A DNA stretch of 32,000 nt from contig OZ242004.1 of the NCBI GenBank assembly GCA_965204685.1, positions 1,569,757-1,601,756 on the forward strand, in the 5' to 3' direction. This stretch comes from Dehalococcoidia bacterium (GTDB lineage Bacteria > Chloroflexota > Dehalococcoidia > Lucifugimonadales > UBA3495). Numbering within the stretch: position 1 is the first letter of the stretch; every line of letters begins with the position of its first letter. Shown in pieces: positions 9,379 through 20,673 of the stretch. Below the pieces are notes generated by a model that was not told where the DNA came from, searched no databases, and saw only the letters and a program-made list of their open reading frames with translations. A program made the translations under genes and the position numbers.

Positions 9379-9678
9379 TTACGCCCTCTGGCCCCTGCCA
9401 GGTTGATCCTGCACGAACCCTATCTGCCGGTTGGCCTCGTCAACCTCATCTTGCTGATCCTCGGGGCCGGTGACTTCCATGATAATCCTCACCACTTGGG
9501 CAGGGTTGTACAAAACGGCGGGGCGCCCAAAGGCGAACACTCCCATTGTCTGGTCCAGGAACCCTGCTTGAACCCTCCGCGTTAGGTCCCGCCGCAGTTC
9601 AACTTGATTTTTTGGGTCGTCAGGCCAATCGTAAAGATGAACCGTTTTACCACCATCCGTGGTGTGAACCGTCAGTGT
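9379..9678 (-). pseudogene. 3' part of a small gene interrupted by IS21
   Basis: The frame ...TLTVHTTDGGKTVHLYDWPDDPKNQVEL... continues in frame with an ATG plus AAGGAG located at 11990-12028 once IS21 and one GTGT copy are removed. Confidence 0.7.
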
Positions 9679-9845
9679 TGTCAACGCCGACGAAAATATG
9701 ACCCAGGTTCGCCGATCCGGGATTGACCCACCCCCTTCGATCACGCACACGATCGCCGGTTGGAAATTGACCCGCCGGCGTGATCGCGTCGCTTTTTAGC
9801 AAGATTAAATTGACCCACCTCCTTGTTTATTGCTCAGCGACTTTG

Positions 9846-11881
<2,036 letters not shown>

Positions 11882-11989
11882 TTTGTCTGAAGCACCTCCG
11901 CAGTGTGTCGGCGGATGATGCCATTGCCATCGGGTGGGTCAACTCCACTTCGGCGATTTTGCACATTTTAATATCGGCGGTGACAGTGT

Positions 11990-12013
11990 CAAAATCAATC
12001 TTGGTGTCGTCAT
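11990..12013 (-). pseudogene. 5' end (8 codons, MTTPRLIL) of the small gene split by IS21
   Basis: ATG at 12013-12011 with AAGGAG at 12028-12023 (9-nt spacing). Reads in frame into 9678 after in-silico excision. Confidence 0.65.
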
Positions 12014-12087
12014 TCACCGACGCTCCTTGTTTTGAGCCTGATCAAGGGGGATAGGACCTGCTGCGGCGTTATGACGCCTCTGGCCGG

Positions 12088-12115
12088 CTGACCGCCCGCC
12101 GTTGACCACCGGGGC
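12088..12115 (+). repeat. 28-bp direct repeat, copy Y2
   Basis: CTGACCGCCCGCCGTTGACCACCGGGGC; see copy Y1. Confidence 0.7.
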
Positions 12116-12180
12116 CGATTCTGGCAATGGCGGTCTTCACTAACGGTTTGCCCGAACCTCCGTTGCGACTGCGTCAATCG

Positions 12181-12218
12181 GGTCGACTCTGGTAGGGGTC
12201 AGAATCGTACGCTAAGGG
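12181..12218 (+). repeat. Tn3-family terminal inverted repeat (copy X2), adjacent to the tnpA 3' end
   Basis: GGTCGACTCTGGTAGGGGTCAGAATCGTACGCTAAGGG. The tnpA stop codon follows at 12221-12223, the usual Tn3-family arrangement. Confidence 0.7.
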
Positions 12219-12220
12219 CG

Positions 12221-14933
12221 TTATCGACGTTTCGGCCACCGATATTCCCCGGTCAGCAGTATGTGAGCCCAGCCCAGGGGCGAGATGTGGGCCAGCAGCT
12301 CGGGGTCGACCGTCAGGCCGTCGTACTTCCGCTGTCTGATCGCTTCGCTGAGATGCACGGTATTCCAGTAGATTACGATGGCGGCGAGCAGGTTCAGCCC
12401 AGCCATGCGGTAGTGCTGGCCCTCGCTGGAGCGGTCGCGGATTTCGCCCTGGCGCCCGATGCGAAGCGCGTTCTTGAGCGCGTGATGAGCCTCTCCCTTG
12501 TTCAAACCTGTGCTGGCTCGGCGCTGCATATCGGCGTCGAGCAGCCAGTCGACGATGAAGAGCGTTCGTTCGAGCCGCCCGATTTCACGGAGAGCGACGG
12601 CCAGTTCGTGCTGGCGCGGATAGGCGGCGAACTTTCGCAGCAGCTGGCTGGGAGGAAGGGCGCCGCTGGCCAGGGTGGCCGCGACCCGCAGGATGTCCGG
12701 CCAGTTCCGCACGATCACGTCCTCCCGGATCCTGGTGCCGGTCAAACCGATCAACGGTTTCGGAACACGCCGAGGTTCGAACACATGGAGCCGTTTCGAC
12801 GGCAGGTCCCGGATACGCGGGACGAACCGGTAGCCGAGCACGGATGTGACGGCGAAGACATGGTCGGTGAAACCGCCGGAGTCGGCATATTGCTCACGGA
12901 TGCGCCGTCCCGCCTTGGTCATCAGCAACCCGTCGAGGATATAGGGGGCTTCGTTGACCGTGGCCGGGATGGTTTGCGTTGCGAAAGGTCCGAACTGGTC
13001 CGAGACATGGGTATAGGCCTTGAGGCCGGGTTCGCTGCCGTAGCGGGCGTTGACCAGGTTCATGGCTTCGCCCTGGCGCGCGGCTGGAAAGAACTGGCCG
13101 TCGCTGGAGGCGGTAAAGCCCTGGCCCCAGAGCCCGCTCATGGGCAGTTGCGCTTGCGCCTCGATCACCATGGCCAGGGCCTGGTTGATAGCCTCGCTTT
13201 CGATATGCCAGCGCGAGAGGCGCGAGAGCTGGAAGAAGTCATGGATGTTGGAGGCCTCGGCCATCTTGCTGAGACCCAGATTGAGGCCTCCCGCCAGGAG
13301 GACGTTGAGCAGTCCGATGCGGTCTCGGCACGGCGCGCCCGTGCGCAGGTGGGTGAAAGCGTCGGTGAAACCGGTGGCGGCGTCCACCTCCAGCAGGATA
13401 TCGGTGATCCGCACCTCGGGCAGGCGACGGTAGAGGTCGAGCACCAGCTCATCGACGTCCTCGGGCATTGCGCTGGCCGCACGGACGATCCTGAGCTCGC
13501 CCTTCTCGATGGTGCCGCCGGCTATCCTGCCGTGGTGCGCCGCACGGGCGAGGCGTTCCAGACCCTCGCCCAAATGCGCCTTGTGTTCGCCCAACCACTC
13601 CTGGGACTGGTAAGGAACAGCCAGCCGGGCCGTGGTGTGCGCTGCTTCGATGGACACCAGGGCCTGTTTGACATCGTCGTAGCGCCGGGAGTGGGCCAGC
13701 CAGACGTCGCCGGACCGGAAGGCGTCTCGCATATGGAAAAGCGCGGCCACCTCCCAAAGCCGGCGGTCACCGGCGGGCCGGGCGTTCAGATGCTGATGCC
13801 ACCTGGAGTTCGCCGCAGGAAGGTCCGGGGCATGTCCGGCGACCCGGCTGCGATATTTCTCAACGCGGCAACGATGGGTTCGCCGGCGCTGGAAGTCTGC
13901 ATATCCAGCGCGCGCAACATGCGCGGCGCATAGCGCCGGAAGCGGGGCCAGCCCTCAACGACGTGACCCAGGGCATCAGCGGACATGGTGTCAGTGAGTT
14001 GCTCAGCCGCGGCGACAACGCCTTCGAGCTTTTGCCAGCCGCCGGCAGCAGCGACGGCCTCTCCAAGGGGCTGGCCATCTCCTTTTGCCTCAAGAAGCGC
14101 CGCTCCCAGCAGCCTGAAGGAGTGCAGCGTATCCTGCAGCACTGTCCTCGAATCCTGAAGACGCGCATCACAGCGCTGCTTAGCGCTCCGGAAGGTCTGG
14201 CCGACAATCCGGTCGTGGGTCTCGACTACGGCATCGGCGATGGCGCCGCGCCATTCCACGACACAGACGCCAAGGATGGCGAGACGGCGGTTGCTGGAAA
14301 TGTCGCGCAACCCCTCTGCGAAGTAGCGCTCCCCCTGGCGGCGAAGACGGGCAATGCGATGCGCAGGAACGGTTTCCAGAAGATCTGAGGGAAGGTCAAA
14401 CCCCTGCAGGAATTCCAGGCGGTCCAGAAGTCCGTTGATATCGGCCGAGTTCCGCCCCACCTCGAACCGGCGTAACCAGACGAACCGGCTCTTGCCGCCG
14501 TCCACTTCCTCGGTGAGCAGGCAGTCGAGCTGCCGGCGCATGGCGTCGTCCAAGCCCACCGCGATGCGCGTCTCTATCCGCCGTTCTGCGGCAACGAGGG
14601 CGTCGGCGCAAAGACGCTCCAGGACCGACGGTCCCGGCAAGATCACCTGCCGGCGCCGGCACTCCTCAACGAACCGCCGGGCCAGCCCCTCATTGGAGCG
14701 TGCCGGTTCCGCCTCGTCCTCGAGCCAGACCTTCAGGTCCCGGGTGGAACGTCCCGAGAACATCTTGTAGCCGTAGTGCGTCGGAGCTCGGCCAGGTGTT
14801 CCCAGCGTGTTTCCTCCCGTATCGCATACCCATCCAGGTCTTCGACGCCCATGCCAAGCTGGGCGGCAATGAAGCGAAGGACGCTTAGGGGAATGGCCTC
14901 CCCCGCCGCCAGAATTCGCCCCGGATACCGGAA
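12221..14933 (-). pseudogene. tnpA: Tn3-family transposase TnpA, decayed (N-terminally truncated, at least two frameshifts)
   Basis: C-terminal ORF 12221-13750 carries SSDGQ, YADSGGFTDHVF, LNKGEAHHALKNAL and LTGEYRW. The middle part is in another frame (13786-14763). The extreme 5' part (FRYPGRILAAGEAIPLSVLRFIAAQLG...REETRWEHLAEL) is in a third frame inside ORF 14733-15098. Confidence 0.9.
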
Positions 14934-15098
14934 GGCGCTGTCTCCCGTCACCGCGCGCTTGCCGGCCATGATCTGGCTGACGCGATTGGTTGGCACGTCA
15001 ATCTGCCTGGCGAAACTCGCCAGCGACACGCCCCTCTCCTCAAGTTCATCCTTCAGGATTTCCCCAGGGTGAACAGCTCGCTTCAACATGGTCGCCAA
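14934..15098 (-). pseudogene. higA: higA-type (XRE HTH) antitoxin gene fragment fused in frame to the tnpA remnant
   Basis: The first 55 codons (HPGEILKDELEERGVSLASFARQIDVPTNRVSQIMAGKRAVTGDSA) have the HigA antidote layout. They then switch abruptly to Tn3 TnpA N-terminal sequence. Confidence 0.6.
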
Positions 15099-15131
15099 TG
15101 CCTCACGCTTCGAATCCCAACTGACCAGTTC

Positions 15132-15575
15132 TCAATGCTGGGCTTCCACCGACCGGGCCGAGCCACCGAGCTCCATGCTGAGCACATTCGCCACCTCCCT
15201 GATTCGGGACCATTTGGCGGCCACGTAATCCGTGGCTTCGTACTTCTGTATCTGCTGCTCTTTCAGACCCAACCGGTCCGCCAGCTCCCTCTGGGTCAGT
15301 CCTCGGGCGATGCGGGCCTTGATGAGAAGTTCGGGGAGGTTGACAGCCTCCCGCAGCGCCTCCACTGGGAACTCCCCCTCCCTGACCGCCTCGTACTCGC
15401 GCAGTTCGGCCTCCAAATCGGCCAACTGGCTGCTGACCGCGTCCACCTGCGCCTGCGCGATCATGGGGTGCATACCATCGACTCCCTCCGGTCTGCTCCT
15501 GAGACCCTCCAGGGTCCGGGCGAAACGCTCGGCCTGCGTGCGGGTTATCCGGTACTGCCGTTCATTCTTGATCAT
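15132..15575 (-). CDS. XRE-family HTH protein, antitoxin-like
   Basis: 147 aa. C-terminal HTH (ARGLTQRELADRLGLKEQQIQKYE). Overlaps the upstream gene by 14 bp. Confidence 0.75.
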   Translation of the reverse strand: MIKNERQYRITRTQAERFARTLEGLRSRPEGVDGMHPMIAQAQVDAVSSQLADLEAELREYEAVREGEFPVEALREAVNLPELLIKARIARGLTQRELADRLGLKEQQIQKYEATDYVAAKWSRIREVANVLSMELGGSARSVEAQH

Positions 15576-16011
15576 CGGCGCCTCCCAGATTCACTGCGAC
15601 TATGCCCTTACTCCCGCCGGTCTCCCGATCCGTCTGGAAGAATTCGAGAAACGACATCCCCTCCACTGTGGCTCCCAGCGAGGCGGGGAACAACTCACCC
15701 AGATACCTGGTCTTCTGGGCCGCCCTGCCGGCATCGAACTGCAGCAGCACCGGGTCCAGAAGTTCCGGATCCACCCCCTCCTCGTCCCAGCAGACATCGA
15801 AGTCGTTGGGGATCTCCTTGCTCGTCACGAAACTGCCGTCGATGTACACGGTGCGGCAACCGGCCCGCCTTAGGCTGTCCATGGCCATCTCCAGTCCGTC
15901 CAGAAGCTGTCTGCGCCATGGGGTGTTGCCAAACCTTGTCCTCACCTCATCCCATGTGGCCCAGTGAACCCCCGGCGGCAGCAGACCATCCACATCGAAC
16001 TGCGGTATCAT
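15562..16011 (-). CDS. minimal nucleotidyltransferase-fold protein (DUF6932-like), toxin-like partner
   Basis: 149 aa. GLLPPGVHWATWDEV start and YIDGSFVTSKEIPNDFDV, which fits the G-S ... D-x-D pol-beta-type NTase signature. Confidence 0.6.
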   Translation of the reverse strand: MIPQFDVDGLLPPGVHWATWDEVRTRFGNTPWRRQLLDGLEMAMDSLRRAGCRTVYIDGSFVTSKEIPNDFDVCWDEEGVDPELLDPVLLQFDAGRAAQKTRYLGELFPASLGATVEGMSFLEFFQTDRETGGSKGIVAVNLGGADDQE

Positions 16012-16086
16012 GACCCAACGGTAACATTGTGTCGTATTCGGGTCAACAACTCCAGTCGTTCTCGAGGTGAGCCGGCAAAACTATTG

Positions 16087-16515
16087 ATGACAATTCTGCA
16101 GGAACAGTTGACCCAAAACAGCACTGCTTCGCCAAACGGCCGTTACGTCATCGGACGAGGAACCCTCGAATTTGAAACGAATTGGAGCAAAGCATCCAGC
16201 ACCTCCCTCCACGTTTACAACGATCCAGCATCCATCAACGGCGTCGCATTGGGTTCTCGAGAATGGGCGGATATCGACCAAGTGGTTAGGGCCAGATCCT
16301 TGGATTACACTTCGCGCTCCCGAACTGCGCCCCGGGGAAGCATAGTGGTACTCCGCAACGTACATGGCTTCTACGCCGCCATTCAGTTGCTCGATATCAA
16401 GGACGATACACCCGGCGATGACTGCGACGAGCTGCGGTTCCGATACGCGATCCAAGCTGACGGCTCCGACAGCTTTGACGTGCTGAGCGCCGATAGGCCG
16501 CCAACGGGCAATTAA
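16087..16515 (+). CDS. hypothetical protein (142 aa)
   Basis: I prefer the start at ATG 16087, because the track start at 15964 overlaps the divergent gene. No motif recognised. Confidence 0.5.
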   Translation: MTILQEQLTQNSTASPNGRYVIGRGTLEFETNWSKASSTSLHVYNDPASINGVALGSREWADIDQVVRARSLDYTSRSRTAPRGSIVVLRNVHGFYAAIQLLDIKDDTPGDDCDELRFRYAIQADGSDSFDVLSADRPPTGN

Positions 16516-16587
16516 AATTCCAGGCAAAGCCCAGTATGCCGGAGCTCGTGCTACGCAAACTCTCCCGTCAATAGGGCACTAACCGCC

Positions 16588-17142
16588 ATGCGGCTATCCA
16601 CAACCGAACCAATGAACGACCCAGTTGGGCTTTGGTCGCTACAACTGGAGCTAATGTCCACTGCCGAAGCAGTGCTTGGACCCCGGGATGGAGCGAAGAA
16701 AATCTATCAGCCGCAGTTTACCGACAATGGTCCGTTGCTGCGGAATACCCCCGCCATGGATGGGGCCTATGTGGAATTGAGCCGAGCCGGCCAATCATAC
16801 TGGCCCACTGTGGTCTTCGAACTGGCCCATGAAACGGTACACCTCCTCAATCCTATCACCGGGGATACCAACAACCTTGAGGAAGGAATAGCCGTAGCAT
16901 TTTCGTTACACATTCAACCGTCGTATGGTATCCGTATACCAATTTCAATACCGTCGTACGTTCATGCCCTGCAACTCGTCCTTGCATTGCCGGACGATCC
17001 ACTCAAAGCAGCAAGACGCGTGCGCCAGCAAGTAGGAGCCCTGAGTACAGTTACCCCGCACTCACTGTCAAAACTGTTCCCAGCGGCCCCCAGCGCTGTC
17101 TTGGAAGAACTGTCCGGCCAGTTCATCAGGAATCCGTCCTGA
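16588..17142 (+). CDS. putative zinc metallopeptidase-like protein (HExxH)
   Basis: 184 aa. ELAHETVHLL (HExxH) followed 12-13 residues later by NLEEG, a gluzincin-like arrangement. Confidence 0.5.
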   Translation: MRLSTTEPMNDPVGLWSLQLELMSTAEAVLGPRDGAKKIYQPQFTDNGPLLRNTPAMDGAYVELSRAGQSYWPTVVFELAHETVHLLNPITGDTNNLEEGIAVAFSLHIQPSYGIRIPISIPSYVHALQLVLALPDDPLKAARRVRQQVGALSTVTPHSLSKLFPAAPSAVLEELSGQFIRNPS

Positions 17143-17373
17143 AACCTATACGACGCTGACCGAATCGTTGGCTGGAATACCGCCAGCATAGCGGACGCGA
17201 TCCGGAAGCTCGTCCAATGGCCAACCTGCTACAACTCGACGACCAGAGATTGTCCAAACATCGCAACAAGTCCATCGACTAGCCAAACCCTCATCAATCC
17301 ACGAAACTGTGACCTTTGCCTCCAAGACGATGCAGTTCAGCCCGGCAAGTCAGGTTGTCGAACCGAATCGGAA

Positions 17374-17910
17374 GTGCATGAAATGGACCACCACGAGTAC
17401 GGCGACAATTACCAAGCGCATCTGCTGGAGCAATACAAGCTCTACGTGGAAATGGCCGACCGGATCAGTCAGCGCCGGGACCAATCGAACCGCTTCTACG
17501 CAGGGTTGGTGTCGGCAATCATTGCCCTCCTAGTAGTGATGGGCAGGATTGGTGTGTCGGAAAACACGTGGAGCGTTGCTCTGCTCCTGGCCGGGTTGCT
17601 CGGCGGCTCCTTGTCGGTCGTCTGGTTTATCAACCTCGGCTCCTATCGTGCACTCAACTCCGCCAAATTCCGTGTCATAAATGGGATGGAATCGCAGTTG
17701 CCTTACGCTGGATACAGCGAAGAATGGGCCTACCTGCGCCCTCCAGGGGGACCGCCAAGGTACTTCCAGCTCACGAGGATCGGACGATATGTGCCCCTGC
17801 TCACATTGGCACTCTTTATGGGGATCGTAGCCTATTCAATATATTCCATGATCCATGGCTTTGGCACCGCGGCTGAGCCGACTGCCCGCCTCATCGGAGG
17901 GACCTGGTGA
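17374..17910 (+). CDS. small membrane protein, SLATT-like layout (helical head plus 2 adjacent TM plus C-terminal TM)
   Basis: 178 aa, GTG start (an ATG at 17383 is also possible). LLEQYKLYVEMADRISQRRDQSNRFY helix, then two hydrophobic helices, then YRALNSAKFRVINGME and a final TM. Confidence 0.6.
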   Translation: MHEMDHHEYGDNYQAHLLEQYKLYVEMADRISQRRDQSNRFYAGLVSAIIALLVVMGRIGVSENTWSVALLLAGLLGGSLSVVWFINLGSYRALNSAKFRVINGMESQLPYAGYSEEWAYLRPPGGPPRYFQLTRIGRYVPLLTLALFMGIVAYSIYSMIHGFGTAAEPTARLIGGTW

Positions 17911-18061
17911 TAACGTACTGGCCTGTTCGGATTCAAGCACTCGGCCCTTTTGTGGCCTCCTACCTCGACCGAGATAGGCGGAGGTTCACTGACCGGAACG
18001 TCGCCAGAGCGATGATCCGGCACGCATCTGTACAGCAATCCCCGCCACGGGCCTTCAGCAG

Positions 18062-18508
18062 TTACTTGCCGCGGTTCGCCGATGCTGCCGCGAACTTCTC
18101 GGGGTCCCGAAGCATCTGGTTGACGTCTTTCCATCGGTACTTGCAGACAGTCCCGTTCTTGGCGACCAGGCCATAGTTCTGGCCCTGGGGCATCAACTGG
18201 ACCACCGGACACCCCGCTTCGCCGGCCAGACTCAGTTCGTCCTTGACCCCCGGCGCATTGTGCGTGTCGGGCCCCAGAAGCACGATAACGACGTCGGAAC
18301 TTTCCATCCTTTCCTTGACCTCCCGACGCCATTTGTCATCGTGCTGAGCTGAAGGGAGCGATTTGTCCTGGAGGGCAAATTCGCAATTCCGCTTTCCCTG
18401 ATTGATAAAGGCACCCCGCCGTCCACCGTCCTTTTCGAACTCGAAAGACAGAAAGACGGACCGAGAGGGTTTGCTGCGCCCGTGGTTTCGCTGCGCTCGA
18501 TTTGTCAT
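18062..18508 (-). CDS. TIR-like domain protein (DUF1863 type)
   Basis: 148 aa. SVFLSFEFEKD strand, SDVVIVLLGPDTHNAPGVKDELSLA and GCPVVQL fit the DUF1863/ThsB-like TIR layout. Confidence 0.7.
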   Translation of the reverse strand: MTNRAQRNHGRSKPSRSVFLSFEFEKDGGRRGAFINQGKRNCEFALQDKSLPSAQHDDKWRREVKERMESSDVVIVLLGPDTHNAPGVKDELSLAGEAGCPVVQLMPQGQNYGLVAKNGTVCKYRWKDVNQMLRDPEKFAAASANRGK

Positions 18509-18709
18509 TATTCCCTTGCATCCGGCATAGACTTTGCCTGCTCTCCAAGGCGCGGCAGGCCACGATTTCCATCATAACACCATGCCTGTCGCGACCACGC
18601 CAAGATTATTTGCCTCTGCCGGGAGGGTCATCCCCAAGTCGTAATTGTGCGAACGATAAGGGAGCATGGTCGCTCCAGAATTAAACCAGCAGATACGGAC
18701 ATACCGTCC

Positions 18710-20240
18710 CCAGCCTTAAACCCGAATCCACCGAAGGGATACCTCAGCGGCGGAGAGACAAGGATGAGGCGTCTGGGAACGGGTCGGCGGGGATCTGATG
18801 TCAGTGAGATGGACGATCCGGAGTGTGGCTACCACGCCAAGGGGATGTTAGCCGCCGGTGGTGGGGCTGGGCGATTTTCAGCGTAGACCGCAGGCAGAGA
18901 CCGTCAGGACACCAGCCTGGGGGCGGATCGGCCAGGCGTGGGGGTATTGTGGACAGGCCAAACGCCGAGGGCGGCGTCAGGAAGAGAGTGGCAGGGCGCG
19001 CAATCTCGCCAGGGCGGTGCCGAAATGATTTTGCCAGGGCCAGTCCCGGGGGAGATGCTGGGTGAGGCGGCGGGCCTTGCGGGTGAGGCGTCCGGCTAGG
19101 GAGAAGAAGCGTCGCCGGAGGGTCTTGGTGGTGGCGACCGTCCACCCAGGCCGACGCGCGTTGTCCAACGGGCCAGTTTATGGGCGATGACCTCGCATGT
19201 CTCGCATCAAGTGCTGGGCAGGCTATGGACAGCCCGGCGGCATTGACGGGGAAACGGCCCGATGGCAGGTGGTTGAGCCTCACGCCATATTTCAGGTGGC
19301 GGATGGCGTTCTCGATCTCCGCGTGGCGGAGATGGTCCCCTTCCAGATCCAGCGTGTCGCCGTCTTGGTCGGTGATGAAGGTGTAGCAGCTGTAGCTGGT
19401 GAACAGGGCCAGTTGGTAGCCGGGGGTGGGTTTCACCCGCTGGACGATGAGCCGCACCGGCACAGCGTCGGGTCTCACTGGCGAAGGGAGCGTAAATGGC
19501 CTCGGCTACGTCGGCCGCGCCCTCCATCCAGTACGGAATGGGCGTCCAGTCTTCCTTGGGTATGGCCTTGATGAGGTTGCGCATCTGGGTGTGCTGGCCG
19601 ACAGTGACAGAGTAGCGGACCCTCATCTGGCGGCAGATGGCGACAATGGCGTGGGCGTAGAAGCCGCTGTCGGCTCGCACGATAAGTGGTCCGGTGGCTC
19701 CTGCATAGTGCGCTCGACGATGGTTTCACCCAGAAAGCGGGCGGTGCCCCGGGCCGTGTTGGCTCGTCCCTTCCGCAGCCTTGCCATCAATCCGCTATAG
19801 GGAGACCGGTGCTGGCGGCGACGACCAGCACCGGGTGATAGCCCCGCTGTCTGGCGTAGTTGTGGCGCTGTGCGCAGCGCGGTGGCGGCTATGCAGTCAC
19901 CACCGGCCGGCGCCGACGCCACCAGCGTCAGTAGCTTGTTTCCTCCATTGGCCTGACCCGGCGCATCCCCAAGTCAACGTGGCGGTCCACCAACTGGCCC
20001 AGTCCCAGATGACGGGCCAAGGTGACCCGCAGGATCAGCCCCGCATTGGCCACCAAGTGGTGATCGTCGAAGGCGACATGGATGCGGTCAGGGCGCTTAG
20101 ATGGTAGCATACGTCGAGCGCTCCCCGTTTCATGATGGTTTTCGTTGTCAAAAACCATTATCCGAAGTGCGGGAGTACCTTCTCATCCCTTCACCGCGCA
20201 CGTAGCCTCACCCTTTCGGTCGATTGGGATTTAGATTTCG
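18710..20240 (-). mobile_element. IS1380-family element, copy B, decayed, inverted relative to copy A (boundaries approximate)
   Basis: End sequences match copy A: CCAGCCTTAAACCCGAATCCACCGAAGG at 18710 onward and CCCTTTCGGTCGATTGGGAT at 20211 onward. Confidence 0.75.
18977..20158 (-). pseudogene. IS1380-family transposase, multiply frameshifted
   Basis: Fragments lie in several minus-strand frames: DRIHVAFDDHHLVANAGLIL (20158 downward), ADSGFYAHAIVAICRQMRVRYSVT, VPVRLIVQRVKPTPGYQLALF, HAEIENAIRHLKYGVRLNHLPSGRF, and TKTLRRRFFSLAGRLTRKARRLTQHLPRDWPW. Confidence 0.8.
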
Positions 20241-20369
20241 CTCGGGCGCATGGCAAGAATAAGAAACTAACTGTAAGGTTCGGCTTGTTCAGCCGGATAC
20301 GCCAGGTGATTAAAGCTTTGGCCAAACCAACGCTGCGCATCTCGCGAATAACCGGGAGCATCGGCAACA

Positions 20370-20669
20370 ATGGCTACGTACAACTGCAGGCCAATCTCGA
20401 CAGATGGGATCACACTGCCGGCGGAACTTGCAGCGCTCGTCGAGCGCCTTGCAGAAAACAATCACGATCACTGGGCGCGCCAGCGAATTGATGAGGGGTG
20501 GACCTATGGCCTTCAGAGGGACGATGCCCTAAAGACGCATCCAGACCTGGTACCGTATGGAGACCTTCCGGAAGAGGAGAAAGAATACGATCGGACCTCC
20601 GTCGTTGAGACCGTGAAGGTAATTCTCATGCTGGGTTACGAGATCGTGCCCAGGGGAACCCAAGACTAA
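20370..20669 (+). CDS. RyR (ryanodine-receptor repeat) domain protein, 99 aa
   Basis: LAENNHDHWARQRIDEGWTYGLQRDDALKTHPDLVPYGDLPEEEKEYDR...LGYEI is a near-textbook match to the bacterial RyR-domain consensus as I remember it. Confidence 0.85.
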   Translation: MATYNCRPISTDGITLPAELAALVERLAENNHDHWARQRIDEGWTYGLQRDDALKTHPDLVPYGDLPEEEKEYDRTSVVETVKVILMLGYEIVPRGTQD

Positions 20670-20673
20670 GACG

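Noticed and set aside
12263-13933. 556-aa plus-strand ORF, with similar long ORFs at 10808-11878(+), 9966-10679(+), 27659-28456(+), 15069-16013(+), 29063-29887(-), 4376-5011(-), 4962-5567(-), 24359-25018(-) and 25522-26115(-)
   Set aside because: All lie antisense to genes with clear family signatures. Their translations are Arg/Pro/Gly/His-rich low-complexity strings, typical of shadow ORFs in GC-rich DNA.
14876-14915. ACGCTTAGGGG... looked like a possible inverted partner of the Tn3-type terminal repeat
   Set aside because: Only the CTTAG core matches. The following bases do not match the reverse complement of X1 or X2, and the site is inside the tnpA/higA chimeric ORF.
17161-17373. Frame of the SLATT-like gene is open for 71 codons upstream of its GTG
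   Set aside because: No ATG, GTG or TTG occurs in that stretch, so it cannot be translated as an N-terminal extension. I noted it only as start-codon uncertainty (GTG 17374 versus ATG 17383).
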